This document shows, one piece after another, positions 54,434 to 64,000 of a DNA stretch of 64,000 nucleotides. Below the pieces are notes generated by a model, which worked only from the letters and a program-made list of their open reading frames with translations, did no database searches and was not told where the DNA came from. The translations under genes were made by a program, and so were the position numbers. The stretch covers positions 1,184,001 through 1,248,000 of the forward strand of contig CP000067.1 in assembly GCA_000002445.1 (NCBI GenBank), written 5' to 3'. Source of the stretch: Trypanosoma brucei (taxonomy: Eukaryota). Positions within the stretch are counted from its first letter, which is position 1. The number at the start of each line of letters is the position of its first letter.

Positions 54434-54900
54434 TTATTTATTTATTTATTTCCCCCCTTCCCCTTCAGTTATTAATCATTTTTGTTCCTTTTGAGCATTT
54501 TACTTTCCTTTCTTCACCCCACTCCACCCCAACATTCACACACTCATATATATATATATATATATATGTACACGTACCCGCTTTAAAAACCAAACGAGGT
54601 TTGCGCCGGCATAATACCACGGGTAGATTACAAAGGAATCTGTTCTTTTTTGTTTTTGTTTATTTGCTTGTTTTTTATTTTCCTTTTTGTCATGAAGGCG
54701 TGTGTATGTGTGCACATACGCGGAAGAGTAGGTGAAGAAAGGAAAGGAGGGGATAAGGGTATAACGAAAAATGAAAAAAAAATGTGGGAGGAGATAACAC
54801 CACGTAGGTTGCGAGGGGTTTCGAAACTGTTCCTTTCGTCAGCCAGTAACAACGTGAACAGCGAAGATAATCGTGACCTAGCAAAGTAGGGAAAAGTATT
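43900..54900. repeat. ~11 kb AT-rich low-complexity gene desert. Alternating homopurine and homopyrimidine blocks; dense mono-, di-, tri- and tetranucleotide microsatellites of several motifs.
   Basis: No ORF longer than ~170 aa on either strand, and those present encode only F/L/K/N-rich low-complexity peptides. Composition visibly shifts to A+T. Simple repeats throughout. Confidence 0.85.
54402..54451. repeat. (AT)14 followed by (TTTA)6 compound microsatellite
   Basis: Read directly from the sequence. Confidence 0.9.
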
Positions 54901-54954
54901 GAAATACAAAATTAGAAAGACAATGTCGATGATGGAAGAAAACAAGAAATTCAC

Positions 54955-56469
54955 TCAATTGTCATCAAAGCTACCAAATGGCCTGTGTCCATTGATGTTT
55001 GTAGCCGAAAACCCCCAAGAGGCGGTTACTTTGGCATCAACGCCCAAGTTAGCAGACTCAGAAATTGTTGCAACGTCATCTGATGGGGCGGTGAATGAGA
55101 GGTTGTGGCATTGAGTCACAACATCATCTGCCCTCTCAACCTGGCAGCCATCACCGTTGATATCTCTTCCAGATGTTATATTTGTTTGCCCCGCGTTATC
55201 GTAGTCCACATCACTTATATCGTTGAGGGGCGCTTCAGGCACAACACCAGCGTCAGAAGCAAATTGCTCGGCAATGGACGCACCGACGTGTTCCATAGGT
55301 ATACTAGAGTGAGTGATATCTCCACCGAAATCATCGCAGCCTTCAGCATCGTAGCCATTTTCAAACACACCGCACTTTTGATCCTTCAGGTCTTGCGGAA
55401 GGAAGAACTCAGAGGGTACTGCTTGCACCACTTCTGATGACGAGACTCGCGCTTCTTCTCCCTCCCCCGCTGGTGTCGATGGCAACACCGGTCGTGCGGT
55501 GGCGAGAAGTTGAACAGAAACGGCCTGATTGGCATCTTTACCCGGAAGTTTTCCAACACGGAAGGCTACGCGGTCACCTGCGCTGAGTGCGCGGAAGCCA
55601 TGCATTCGGATGTACGACTGGTGCACAAAAACATCGCCGACAGCCACTGGTGTCCTCTCTAGAGTGGGTTGCGGTGGTGTGGTTTGCTGCTGCTGCTGTG
55701 ACCTGCCGTCAGCATTACCATCACTGAAAGTCCCACTACCTCCACTAGGCGAAGTAACTTGTAGATGATGCGTTGCCGTAAGAAAGCCGAAGCCACGCAT
55801 CGGGTTGTATCGCTTAACAATCCCTTCGTACCACTCGCCAAGACCGTACATCATTCCATTGCCATGCCTGCTCACTACAGCGGCTATCGGTGGCGGTGGT
55901 GGTGGTGGTGGCGCTGGTGCTAACGCGACTCCGGGTTGTAGTGCTGCTGGTGTTGACCCGTGAGATAATACCACATAAACGGACGGCGAAGGAGGTGGTG
56001 GCATTAAGTTCCAAGGGCACGGTGAGACGGTGGCCGGCGGCATGGGGCTGGCATTGCCGGGGCCGCTGATACCGCCACCCCCACCAAGCGAATGATATTG
56101 CGGATGTTGAGGGTGGAGCGGAAAGGCATTTCCAGCGTTACCACCAGCGATCAGAAGCTTTTCGACGCTGTGAAAAACGGCTGGGCTGCCGGCATTGGTT
56201 GGTTGTGCACTTGGAGCGCTACCGTTGAGGTTTAGCGATGTCGAAGGCACAGAACCTTGTGAGTGCGGCGGCGGCGGCGAAGTCAACTTCGCAAACGGAC
56301 CGTCTGCCCGCGTAACTCGAATGAGCTGACGCGACGGAAGTGCCATCAGTGGTTGCGGTCCTGGCGAGGTGCTCAGCGGAGCACTGGTCGATGCGGTGAG
56401 GGGGTTGACGGTATTCAAGGAAGCTACAAGAACGCCGTCGTGAGTGCATACAGTGGGATGGAAGAGCAT
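54955..56469 (-). CDS. Cold-shock-domain (CSD) nucleic-acid-binding protein, 504 aa. CSD at ~55504-55845, flanked by Pro-rich and Gln-rich low-complexity regions.
   Basis: GEWYEGIVKRYNPMRGFGFL...GDVFVHQSYIRMHGFRALSAGDRVAFRV matches the CSD consensus (G-VKWFN-KGFGFI...DVFVH-S-I...GF-SL-EG--V-F). The correct start Met is uncertain. Confidence 0.75.
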   Translation of the reverse strand: MLFHPTVCTHDGVLVASLNTVNPLTASTSAPLSTSPGPQPLMALPSRQLIRVTRADGPFAKLTSPPPPHSQGSVPSTSLNLNGSAPSAQPTNAGSPAVFHSVEKLLIAGGNAGNAFPLHPQHPQYHSLGGGGGISGPGNASPMPPATVSPCPWNLMPPPPSPSVYVVLSHGSTPAALQPGVALAPAPPPPPPPPIAAVVSRHGNGMMYGLGEWYEGIVKRYNPMRGFGFLTATHHLQVTSPSGGSGTFSDGNADGRSQQQQQTTPPQPTLERTPVAVGDVFVHQSYIRMHGFRALSAGDRVAFRVGKLPGKDANQAVSVQLLATARPVLPSTPAGEGEEARVSSSEVVQAVPSEFFLPQDLKDQKCGVFENGYDAEGCDDFGGDITHSSIPMEHVGASIAEQFASDAGVVPEAPLNDISDVDYDNAGQTNITSGRDINGDGCQVERADDVVTQCHNLSFTAPSDDVATISESANLGVDAKVTASWGFSATNINGHRPFGSFDDN

Positions 56470-58622
56470 GTCACTCAGGTTGATAGCACTTACTGCTGCT
56501 TAATATAAATTGTGAGAAAGAGAAGTGCAAATTAACTAGTTCCTCTCTGCGTTCTTGTATTCCTCAGTCCTGTTTCAAACCCTGCGCCGCTCCGTTCCCC
56601 GCCCTTTTTTGTTTTTTTTTCGGTTAACGGAATATTGCTGGGTGAGAGCGGAACAAATGGTGTTCGTCACACCTGCTGCTTACGCGCAGGTCTTTTCTTT
56701 TTTTCTTCTCCTGTTTTGGAAGTTGCGTCCCCTCCTATTTGCTTTCCCTTCTTTTCACCTTTTTTTTTGTGTTCAACGAATATGTAACGTGACAAGTGAG
56801 CGCCCTCTAACACAAAAATGCACGCGTTTTTATTAAAATACAGGCTGTGTCCCCACACACAAAAAGAAAAAGAAAGACAAAGAAGAAGAGGAAAAATGCG
56901 TGAGAAAGGTTCGAGATAAGAGCTGTTAAAGAAACCCCAGGGTCTACATGCGTAAAAAAAAAAAGCAAACAATAATAGAATTAGTGTTTGTGCGCGTGCT
57001 TTGGGTGGTGAGCAGGTAAGCAGGGCAATCCCTACATCTCTTAGAACAAGAATAGTAACTATAACGGATGTTAACCGTAAAAAGAGGGAAAGAAATTGTT
57101 ACTGCAAACGCCTCAGAGGATTGTACGCAGATCTCCACGTACCAAAAAGGAGACCCTAGCAAAGGATCTAAATCAGTCTGCCTTGTAAAGCACCGCAACG
57201 CAACCGCCTGATGAAGCATTTCTTCTTCATGGGACAACGGGACTCAACTAGAGACTTCAAGAGTTACGAGGGGAAGAAGGCCCAGTGGTTGGCTTAACTT
57301 TCCTTTAAGCAGGTAAATTAGGATGTAACACCTCGGTGCCATCCGTGCAGGTTAAACAAACAGTGAAGAGAGGGGAGAGAAAATATATAACATCCGAGAT
57401 CATATTCTCGAAGATGGCCCTCCCGTGCATCTCCAACCTGCTGAAATGCTTGTACTCAACCCCCAAACAGTGAATTGAAACCCCACCCCATGGACACCTC
57501 CTCGGTTATTATGCAGCAAAAAGCATAGCAATGTTAACCTCGTAGTGGCGGGAGGGCCCCACATGACTGTCACCCGTACCGGTTCATCATCGCAAGTAGT
57601 CCGCAATGATGCGCCTACCCTTTTCATCCTCCTCCTCCTCTTGACGGGGATCTAAAGGGCTGCCTTTATTTCCTCTTCGATGTATCTGCTAATCCTCGAC
57701 ATGGTGGGCGACAAACTTCACAAGAAACTTCAACTCTCATTTTGCTGCTCTTGCGGCCCCATCCGCAGCGACTGCAAAAATATGTCGCTTGGCACATCGT
57801 CCCTCAGCCGTTACACCTCCACTTTTTCCCGCATCGCTTACATCATCACCACTCTTCCTTCCGAGTTCACTGCAAGCCCTCATACTTGCCGTGATTTCCC
57901 TTTTCTGCCCTCACTGTAGCAACCACTGACAAATTCGACAAGTCGTCATGGTGGGTTCCCCTATCACAGCGGCGCAACAAACAAAACAACTGCCGAACGA
58001 TATTAACCCCGTTGTTTTTCCTCAGTATTTCCTCACAGGCCCCAGTTGTTAACCAACCCCACCGTCACACCGTGAACAAACGGCGGATTTCACACCATCT
58101 AGTTCCGAACACACATCACCCCCTTGTTCCTTGAACACCAAAGAAATTTCCATAACATTGTGGTGGAGGGCGCCTGAAAACACTGCTGTCCAGCGGGTGG
58201 GGCATAAAACACGCGCTAGATTTAACAGTGCAAGTAGGAAGTGCGACACCGATGAGAAAGAGGCGATAGAAACTCCTCACGTTCCATCATCATCTGTTCA
58301 TGCATTCAACCTCATTTGTTCCATTGTTTTCTATATGTGAAATCTGCTCAGATTTCAACGGAGTGATGAAGATACGAAGCGTAGTATGGAACAGAACCTA
58401 AGGGGGAAGACGACACGGTGCCATCGCGGATGACCAGTTGGTCCTCGTGCATTGTTGCGCACAAAATAAAAGAAATATACAAGGAGCACCAGTGCCACTG
58501 AGAGTAGGGTTGGTAATAAGACTGTGCCCCTTTTTCACAACATTTTTTTAAAAGACGAAATTATGTACATACCTACTCGTTGATGGCGACCTGGCACATC
58601 AGCGTGACAAAAACAAACACAC

Positions 58623-58625
<3 letters not shown>

Positions 58626-58653
<28 letters not shown>
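58626..58653. repeat. (TG)14 microsatellite
   Basis: Read directly from the sequence. Confidence 0.95.
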
Positions 58654-59244
58654 ATGAAATATTGGGCAAAAATAACAAGTCTCCCCTTCCAAAACCAGCA
58701 CCTCAAACATAAATGCTAGTTAACAGTGGGACAAGGGGGTGAAACGGCCGCTTTCAAAGACACTGGAAACAAAATACCTACAATACACGTAGAAAATATG
58801 CAATACACGTTTTTTTTTTTGATAACAAGCGAAAACGAAATAAAACGGAGGGGGGAAAGGGGGGAAAGGCAAGATAAACCATGGTGACAAAGACCACCTC
58901 TACGCTTGTACAACAACCTTTGTGACATGTACCCCTCCCTGCTTGTCTCACATTCGGTACTCCGTCTGATTTTTTTTTAAGAAAAAAGATTAAATTTAAC
59001 CTTGAATAAGGAAAACTGATGTGTTCAGAGTAGCCTCCTTGGGGTTATACATCATTTTAACCTCCCCTTCCCCGTTGCCTCACTCAATTACAACCTTCAC
59101 CGACGCTTCGGCTCGATCCCGATACGGATGGTTTCATACACCACTCCTCGCACAAAAATCAACATTAGACGAACAGACAAAGAAGTACAGCGTCAGCACT
59201 AGAAGGGAAACGGAGGAAATATATTAAACATGCAGTCCTCGCCT

Positions 59245-62200
59245 TCATACAAACTTAAGGGCACCACCGCCACAATCAAACTCAAAAGCAGGGAAAAGTG
59301 GCTGTGAGAGATCCACTCCACCAAAGGCTACGCCACAATCCGCGTCGCCGCACTTAAAGCGGATCGTTCGTGCAGCCATGTCCAACACACAAGTAACTTC
59401 CCCATTCACCTCTATGGAGTTTGAGCGCGCGAAAGGGGAGTACGGTAAATCCGCAATGCCTAATCGGGGGCAGTACAGCGTCCCACGACCCAAATGAAGC
59501 CAGTAACTATTCGAGTACGATAAGTGATTAAGCGCTGGCGCAAACACCTCAAGAGGTAAGCGACGGTCCGAAAACCCCATCAGGACGTTACCGCATGGGG
59601 CAACAACGCGCACGGTATAGATGAAACAGAGTGGAGAGGGCAGTGATGATGATAATGATGATAACGCACAGGGACTCACGGAAAAACTTTGGTGATCGAG
59701 AGCACCTAACGCTGAGCAGGACATGATATCGACAACGGGGGGCAAAGGCAAACGGCGAATACTTCTACCTTCCTCCGCCAGCTCAAGTCGACCACCCACT
59801 GCGGCAAATGTATGACGCGGCTGCGCATCATCCGCGCACGGCGGCCTGGGGGATTGTAGGAATGATCGTGGGTACCACAACTGCTTCAACAGCTCATACG
59901 GTCTTCGTGAAGATGGCGTTAAATGCCCTTCGAGTAGCATCGTGGCCACCAGGGGGCAGCAGAAACCGCTTGATCGTGTAGATGTTTGGACAGTTACTTC
60001 ATTTTTGGTAGGGGAAGCCAATTTACCGACATAACCAACAGCTGACAGCACCTCCATTCCCTCTTTCAGTGCCGATGTCAACGAGTAAATAAGAAGGCCC
60101 CCGCTCAAACCACTGCAAGTAGATGACCCAGAGAGCGCCGGTGGAGCCGCGGTTGCATTTCTTTTTTCCTCCATGTCCTGTACGATGAACCGCAGCGCTC
60201 CCAGCTGCTGCCGCAGAGACCCCTCCAGCCGCTTATCCACACGCCGGGGTATCCTTTCAGGGACTCCTTGGCAAGATAGCCAGTCAAAGTACGGCAGTAC
60301 AACGTTTAGCGCAGACACAGCATCGAGAAGCTTCACCACACAGTTTCCAGCAGGAGTTTTCTCCGCCCTCCGTGTCACCGCATCCTCCGTTACGATCGAA
60401 TTGGTCAAAGTCAGTCGCTGGCTCCCCCCGGCCTGCAGTTGTTCTCCTTGTTGCTGTGGTACCACTTGCCTATTAACGAGTGAGAGTGCTTCTATAGCCT
60501 CAGTTACCCTTGTCTCCAACTCGTGCAAGTGTGATTCCAAATGGCCTTCCAAATGCTTGAAAAGCTCCGGTGCGACTGCCCCCGGACGAACACTGATCGG
60601 CTTCAGCAGTGGAGCAGACTCTACATTCCTCTGCGCAACACTATGCTCTATGCGAGATACTGAACAGTCTTGAGGGCTCAAAGCATGTGACGTCGCGACG
60701 CTACGTTCATTCGGAGACTCTTCCTCACTTTCACCAGCATTTTTACGGGAAAGGCGAAACTGACATTGCCCTTCCTTAGGTTCTTCACAGTAGTCACGAG
60801 GGCTGCTACGATGAGCCCGTTCGCCATCCTTGTTAACACCCACACACTGCTCTAACGATAAGTTCATGCGCTCGCCCCTCGCCGTGGCGTTGCCGTCGCG
60901 CAGTGATAAACCCCGCTGTTGACGTTGTTTCTTCCGGTCTTCTGCTTGGGGTTGCGGCTGGTCCAGCTCGCTCTGCATGTCGTGAGGCACTGACGACAAA
61001 TGATGCTGTTCCTGCTGTGCGACTGTCAGAGTCATGAGTAGCCCCGCCACTTCTGAACTTGTTTGCCGCAGAAATGCCTCTGCCTGCCGTCCGAGTGTAA
61101 GCTCCTCTTGCAGGCGCTGACGAGAAGCTGCCAGGTCTGCACACCTTACCTCTGCCCCCAGAAGTAGTTTTCCCTCTTGTAACGCATCTAGAGTTTGCCG
61201 AAGCCTCGATGCTTCCGCCTGATGTGCCTCAAAAGTTATGGACATGGCCACACGCTCTCGAAGCACCAGTTGCTGGAGTTCGCGGCACTGCTTTCGGTGT
61301 GCATCCGCTTCCTGCCTTAGATAGCTCGTGGTGGCAGCGGTAGAAGCATCCCTTGCAACTAATACCGCTTCGTATCTCCCCGCTTGGTCGACGATCTCCT
61401 GTACCTTTTCCCTGTAAGAATGTTGAAGCTCTTCGCACATCGACTGAGAGTGCTGCAACAACTTCGCCTGCGTCTCCGCAGCTTTCGCACCTTCAATGAG
61501 TTCCTTTTCTATTGTACATGCTACCTCCCGTAGGCGGCGCTCCACTTCGGTAATTCGTTCGTCTGAGAGCCAATGACCTTGCAACTCGCAAGACAGTTGT
61601 TCTTCCTGCTCCCCTTGCGGTCCCTGCGAGTCATTCGGCTCACATGGAGCCTCCTGATGTCGGGTGGCGGGGACGCCACGGTTCTCTTCGTCTAGCGTTG
61701 TCATCGTTGTTCCTAGCCCCTCGGTATATTCTTTTTGGTCAGCTCCCACCTCCCCATTCCCCACAACAGGGGCAGTGTTCTCCAACTGCAATTGCTTTAC
61801 ATCCACCCGCCGATCGCTCAGCTGCAGTTCCTCCGCCACTCTACGGTTCGGTGCCGCTGTGCATGCAAGAGTTTGCTGGGTGGCAGATAATTGCTCCTCC
61901 AGCACTTGTATCCGTTCTGCATTGGTGCGAGCCTCTCTAAGAGCTTTAGCCTCCGCCTCTTGGACCCCCTGCAGCTCACGCTCCATAATCCGCCGATCCT
62001 GCCCCCTCAGTCGCCTCTCACGTTTTGTCACCTGGCGCGTCGCAGCCACCTTATGCGCCTCGGACAGTTGTGTCCTACGGCAATTCGAGTCACCCGACGG
62101 CCATTCAAGCGGTAACTGCCGTGGGGTGAGCGGTTGCTCCTGGAGTTGTGTTTCAAACTGCTGTTTTTGTGGCTGGTGTGGCGGTGGGCCACAAATTGCG

Positions 62201-62670
62201 CTTTCTCGCCGTGGTGTCGCCCTGACAACTCGCTGAGATACAGAGCAACCGCCTGTGAGACTTCTCGGTTGCTTCTGGAGGGCCTGCACGCGGAGTTTCT
62301 TCCATGACTCGAGCTGTTGAAGTTGAATTCGGCCGCGTAGGAACACCTCCTCCTCGATGCATGCCCGCTGTACAATGGCGGCTAACGCCAAACTATTGAT
62401 GTTTCCGAAGCCGCTTGATTGTAATGCACGAGAAACTTTGCTTCTGCCGCTGCGGCCGCAGTCATCATCATAACCACTAACGTCTCCCGCGGAAACTTCG
62501 TACTCTCGTGCAGTATCACCGCTCCACGACCGCGCGGCAGCTGGCTCTACAGGCGCTTGACACAGGGAAGTAGCACCAACGTTACTGTTTGTGAGGCCCC
62601 ACAGTGAGGATTCTGTGGAATCCTTCGACGTTCTACGGGAAGGATGGTGGAAACTAGTTGATGCCGACAT
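59245..62670 (-). CDS. Coiled-coil protein (1141 aa) with a C-terminal SPRY/B30.2-like domain (~59245-59850)
   Basis: Long central heptad/charged segments (RLREVACTIEKELIEGAKAAETQAKLLQHSQSMCEELQ...). The C-terminal ~200 aa show a SPRY-like pattern (FSVSP...GFSDRRLPLEVFAPALNHLSYSNSYWLHLGRGTLY...IEVNGEVTCVLDMAARTIRFKCG...VAFGGVDLSQPLFPAFEF). Confidence 0.65.
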   Translation of the reverse strand: MSASTSFHHPSRRTSKDSTESSLWGLTNSNVGATSLCQAPVEPAAARSWSGDTAREYEVSAGDVSGYDDDCGRSGRSKVSRALQSSGFGNINSLALAAIVQRACIEEEVFLRGRIQLQQLESWKKLRVQALQKQPRSLTGGCSVSQRVVRATPRRESAICGPPPHQPQKQQFETQLQEQPLTPRQLPLEWPSGDSNCRRTQLSEAHKVAATRQVTKRERRLRGQDRRIMERELQGVQEAEAKALREARTNAERIQVLEEQLSATQQTLACTAAPNRRVAEELQLSDRRVDVKQLQLENTAPVVGNGEVGADQKEYTEGLGTTMTTLDEENRGVPATRHQEAPCEPNDSQGPQGEQEEQLSCELQGHWLSDERITEVERRLREVACTIEKELIEGAKAAETQAKLLQHSQSMCEELQHSYREKVQEIVDQAGRYEAVLVARDASTAATTSYLRQEADAHRKQCRELQQLVLRERVAMSITFEAHQAEASRLRQTLDALQEGKLLLGAEVRCADLAASRQRLQEELTLGRQAEAFLRQTSSEVAGLLMTLTVAQQEQHHLSSVPHDMQSELDQPQPQAEDRKKQRQQRGLSLRDGNATARGERMNLSLEQCVGVNKDGERAHRSSPRDYCEEPKEGQCQFRLSRKNAGESEEESPNERSVATSHALSPQDCSVSRIEHSVAQRNVESAPLLKPISVRPGAVAPELFKHLEGHLESHLHELETRVTEAIEALSLVNRQVVPQQQGEQLQAGGSQRLTLTNSIVTEDAVTRRAEKTPAGNCVVKLLDAVSALNVVLPYFDWLSCQGVPERIPRRVDKRLEGSLRQQLGALRFIVQDMEEKRNATAAPPALSGSSTCSGLSGGLLIYSLTSALKEGMEVLSAVGYVGKLASPTKNEVTVQTSTRSSGFCCPLVATMLLEGHLTPSSRRPYELLKQLWYPRSFLQSPRPPCADDAQPRHTFAAVGGRLELAEEGRSIRRLPLPPVVDIMSCSALGALDHQSFSVSPCALSSLSSSLPSPLCFIYTVRVVAPCGNVLMGFSDRRLPLEVFAPALNHLSYSNSYWLHLGRGTLYCPRLGIADLPYSPFARSNSIEVNGEVTCVLDMAARTIRFKCGDADCGVAFGGVDLSQPLFPAFEFDCGGGALKFV

Positions 62671-64000
62671 ATTTACCTACCGCCTCAACCACAAACGCCG
62701 TTGGGGGTGAAACGACGACCCTTATAAACGTGAAGATGTGGGGAAACCACAACTGACACGTTTTACGTTTTATCCTCGACTTTACACCCTTCCCAGGCCC
62801 AATATGTGTATGTAAGTCCGTACTTATTGTATCAGCCCTCTAACTCAGTAACGTCAAGCGTGGACGGGCACTGCTGGGTTCCTCAAATCTTCACGTATTT
62901 GCGAAGGGTCGACCTCCAGCGGGCGCCAAACGAAATGTGGAGTGCCTCGACGCCTTTTCTTCCTTTTAAGCCAAACTTTCGTCTACCAACGTTTTGGGCG
63001 CTGCGGCCAACGGCGCAACCCGCGAGTTCCGCTCTAGGGAAGAATTGATGTGAACGCAAAGATACGCCAACCGAGCGGAAAGAAAAGAAAAGGGGTAGCG
63101 ATCACCGAGTCAGCTGAAGGTGTACAAAAAGTGAATGCATAGTAAGTAGGGATGAGCCCCCAAACGAATGCAGAAGTATACGTTTCTCAAGTCTCTCCAG
63201 CCGTCTCGTTAAATCGGAAAAGTGTCACGAGAGGGGAAAAGCAAATGAGTGGGGCAGCAAGATCGAGCACTCTCGAAAACTTTTCCGCGCTTCCACCGGC
63301 CCCTCACGCCACCTCCGTAAACTTGCCGCAGCAGCAGGCCCCTGAGAGTGGGAGGGAAGATATTCCCCGAAAAAAAAAATTAATCCAAAAAAAGAGCCGC
63401 AGATTTTCAATGGATGAAAGTCAGTGCGAGACGGAAGTTCGCAAGGTATTTGTGTGAACAAAAGAAAGAAAAAAAATGAAGAATAATACAATGGGAAGCA
63501 AATAGAACCGAAAGGAGCAGTGCGCACAGGCGTAATATATACAAATATACATTTCTCATTCGAGTACTCTACTTATGCGCAATCTCCTGAATATTCCACT
63601 TAGATTAAACCCATCGGTGCTACTTGCTACACCCACCATCGACCTAACTTTGCTCTTTACAACACGGTTCCCCCCTTCCCCATTCCCAGTCAGTTGTCAT
63701 TGTACTCTGTTTTCGCCATTTTCTGATCTGTTTCATCCCACAGCTTTCCAGTTACTCCAGCAGCCATTTCTATGTGTTCCACTTGGGTACATTCCAACGT
63801 CATCATCCATCGTTTTCCACTTCCACTTCCACCTTCGCCTCTTCCTTTCCAATGCGCCGCACAAGCTCATTTTCCCACACTTCGCATAATAATTCGAGTA
63901 AAGCAACCACCACTACGCTGTATGCAAATATAGAGATACACATATGCACAGGTGTAGCTTCACAATACACTCACGCTAGGGGTCTTCATCATCATCGAGT

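Noticed and set aside
44148-54500. Numerous 60-210 aa ORFs on both strands in the AT-rich tract (e.g. 45581..46219, 46210..46614, 53610..54104, 54014..54403)
   Set aside because: Translations are homopolymeric or low-complexity (F/L/K/E/N runs) generated by simple-sequence DNA. They are not credible proteins.
43900-54900. Possibility that the AT-rich tract is a centromere, or a degenerate ingi/RIME/SLACS retroelement
   Set aside because: There is no higher-order tandem periodicity (trypanosome centromeric repeats are regular ~150-bp-class arrays) and no strand-switch. There are no reverse-transcriptase, endonuclease or RNase H remnants in any frame and no target-site-duplication-like flanks. 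This cannot be excluded without comparative data; it is retained as a generic low-complexity desert.

Overview
This window looks like a kinetoplastid nuclear chromosome segment, most likely from a Trypanosoma brucei-group genome. Codon usage, AT-rich spacers full of microsatellites and the gene families present all point that way. Every convincing long ORF lies on the minus strand, so the window is one directional polycistronic unit transcribed from high to low coordinates.

From 1 to 16.1 kb there is a head-to-tail tandem array of four receptor-type adenylate cyclase genes (GRESAG4/ESAG4 family). The copy at the window edge is truncated. The catalytic cores are near-identical, the extracellular-domain cassettes are mosaically variable, and copy 1 carries an alternative C-terminal tail plus 3 prime UTR module.

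Downstream features, all on the minus strand:
- 16.1-19.9 kb: a 3.8 kb gene-free spacer.
- 19924-22767: a 947-aa coiled-coil hypothetical protein.
- 25090-30492: an 1800-aa ABCC/MRP-type full ABC transporter, with a His-Gly repeat insertion before NBD1.
- 32621-36139: a 1172-aa Ser-rich hypothetical protein.
- 39147-43775: a 1542-aa protein with a C-terminal PP2C phosphatase domain and a Cys/His cluster.
- 43.9-54.9 kb: an exceptional ~11 kb AT-rich gene desert made of low-complexity sequence and simple repeats.
- 54955-56469: a 504-aa cold-shock-domain (CSD) protein with an insertion inside the CSD.
- 59245-62670: a 1141-aa coiled-coil protein with a C-terminal SPRY/B30.2-like domain.

No tRNA, rRNA, CRISPR or clear transposon signatures were recognised. 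Protein similarities are from my own recognition of motifs, not from database searches.
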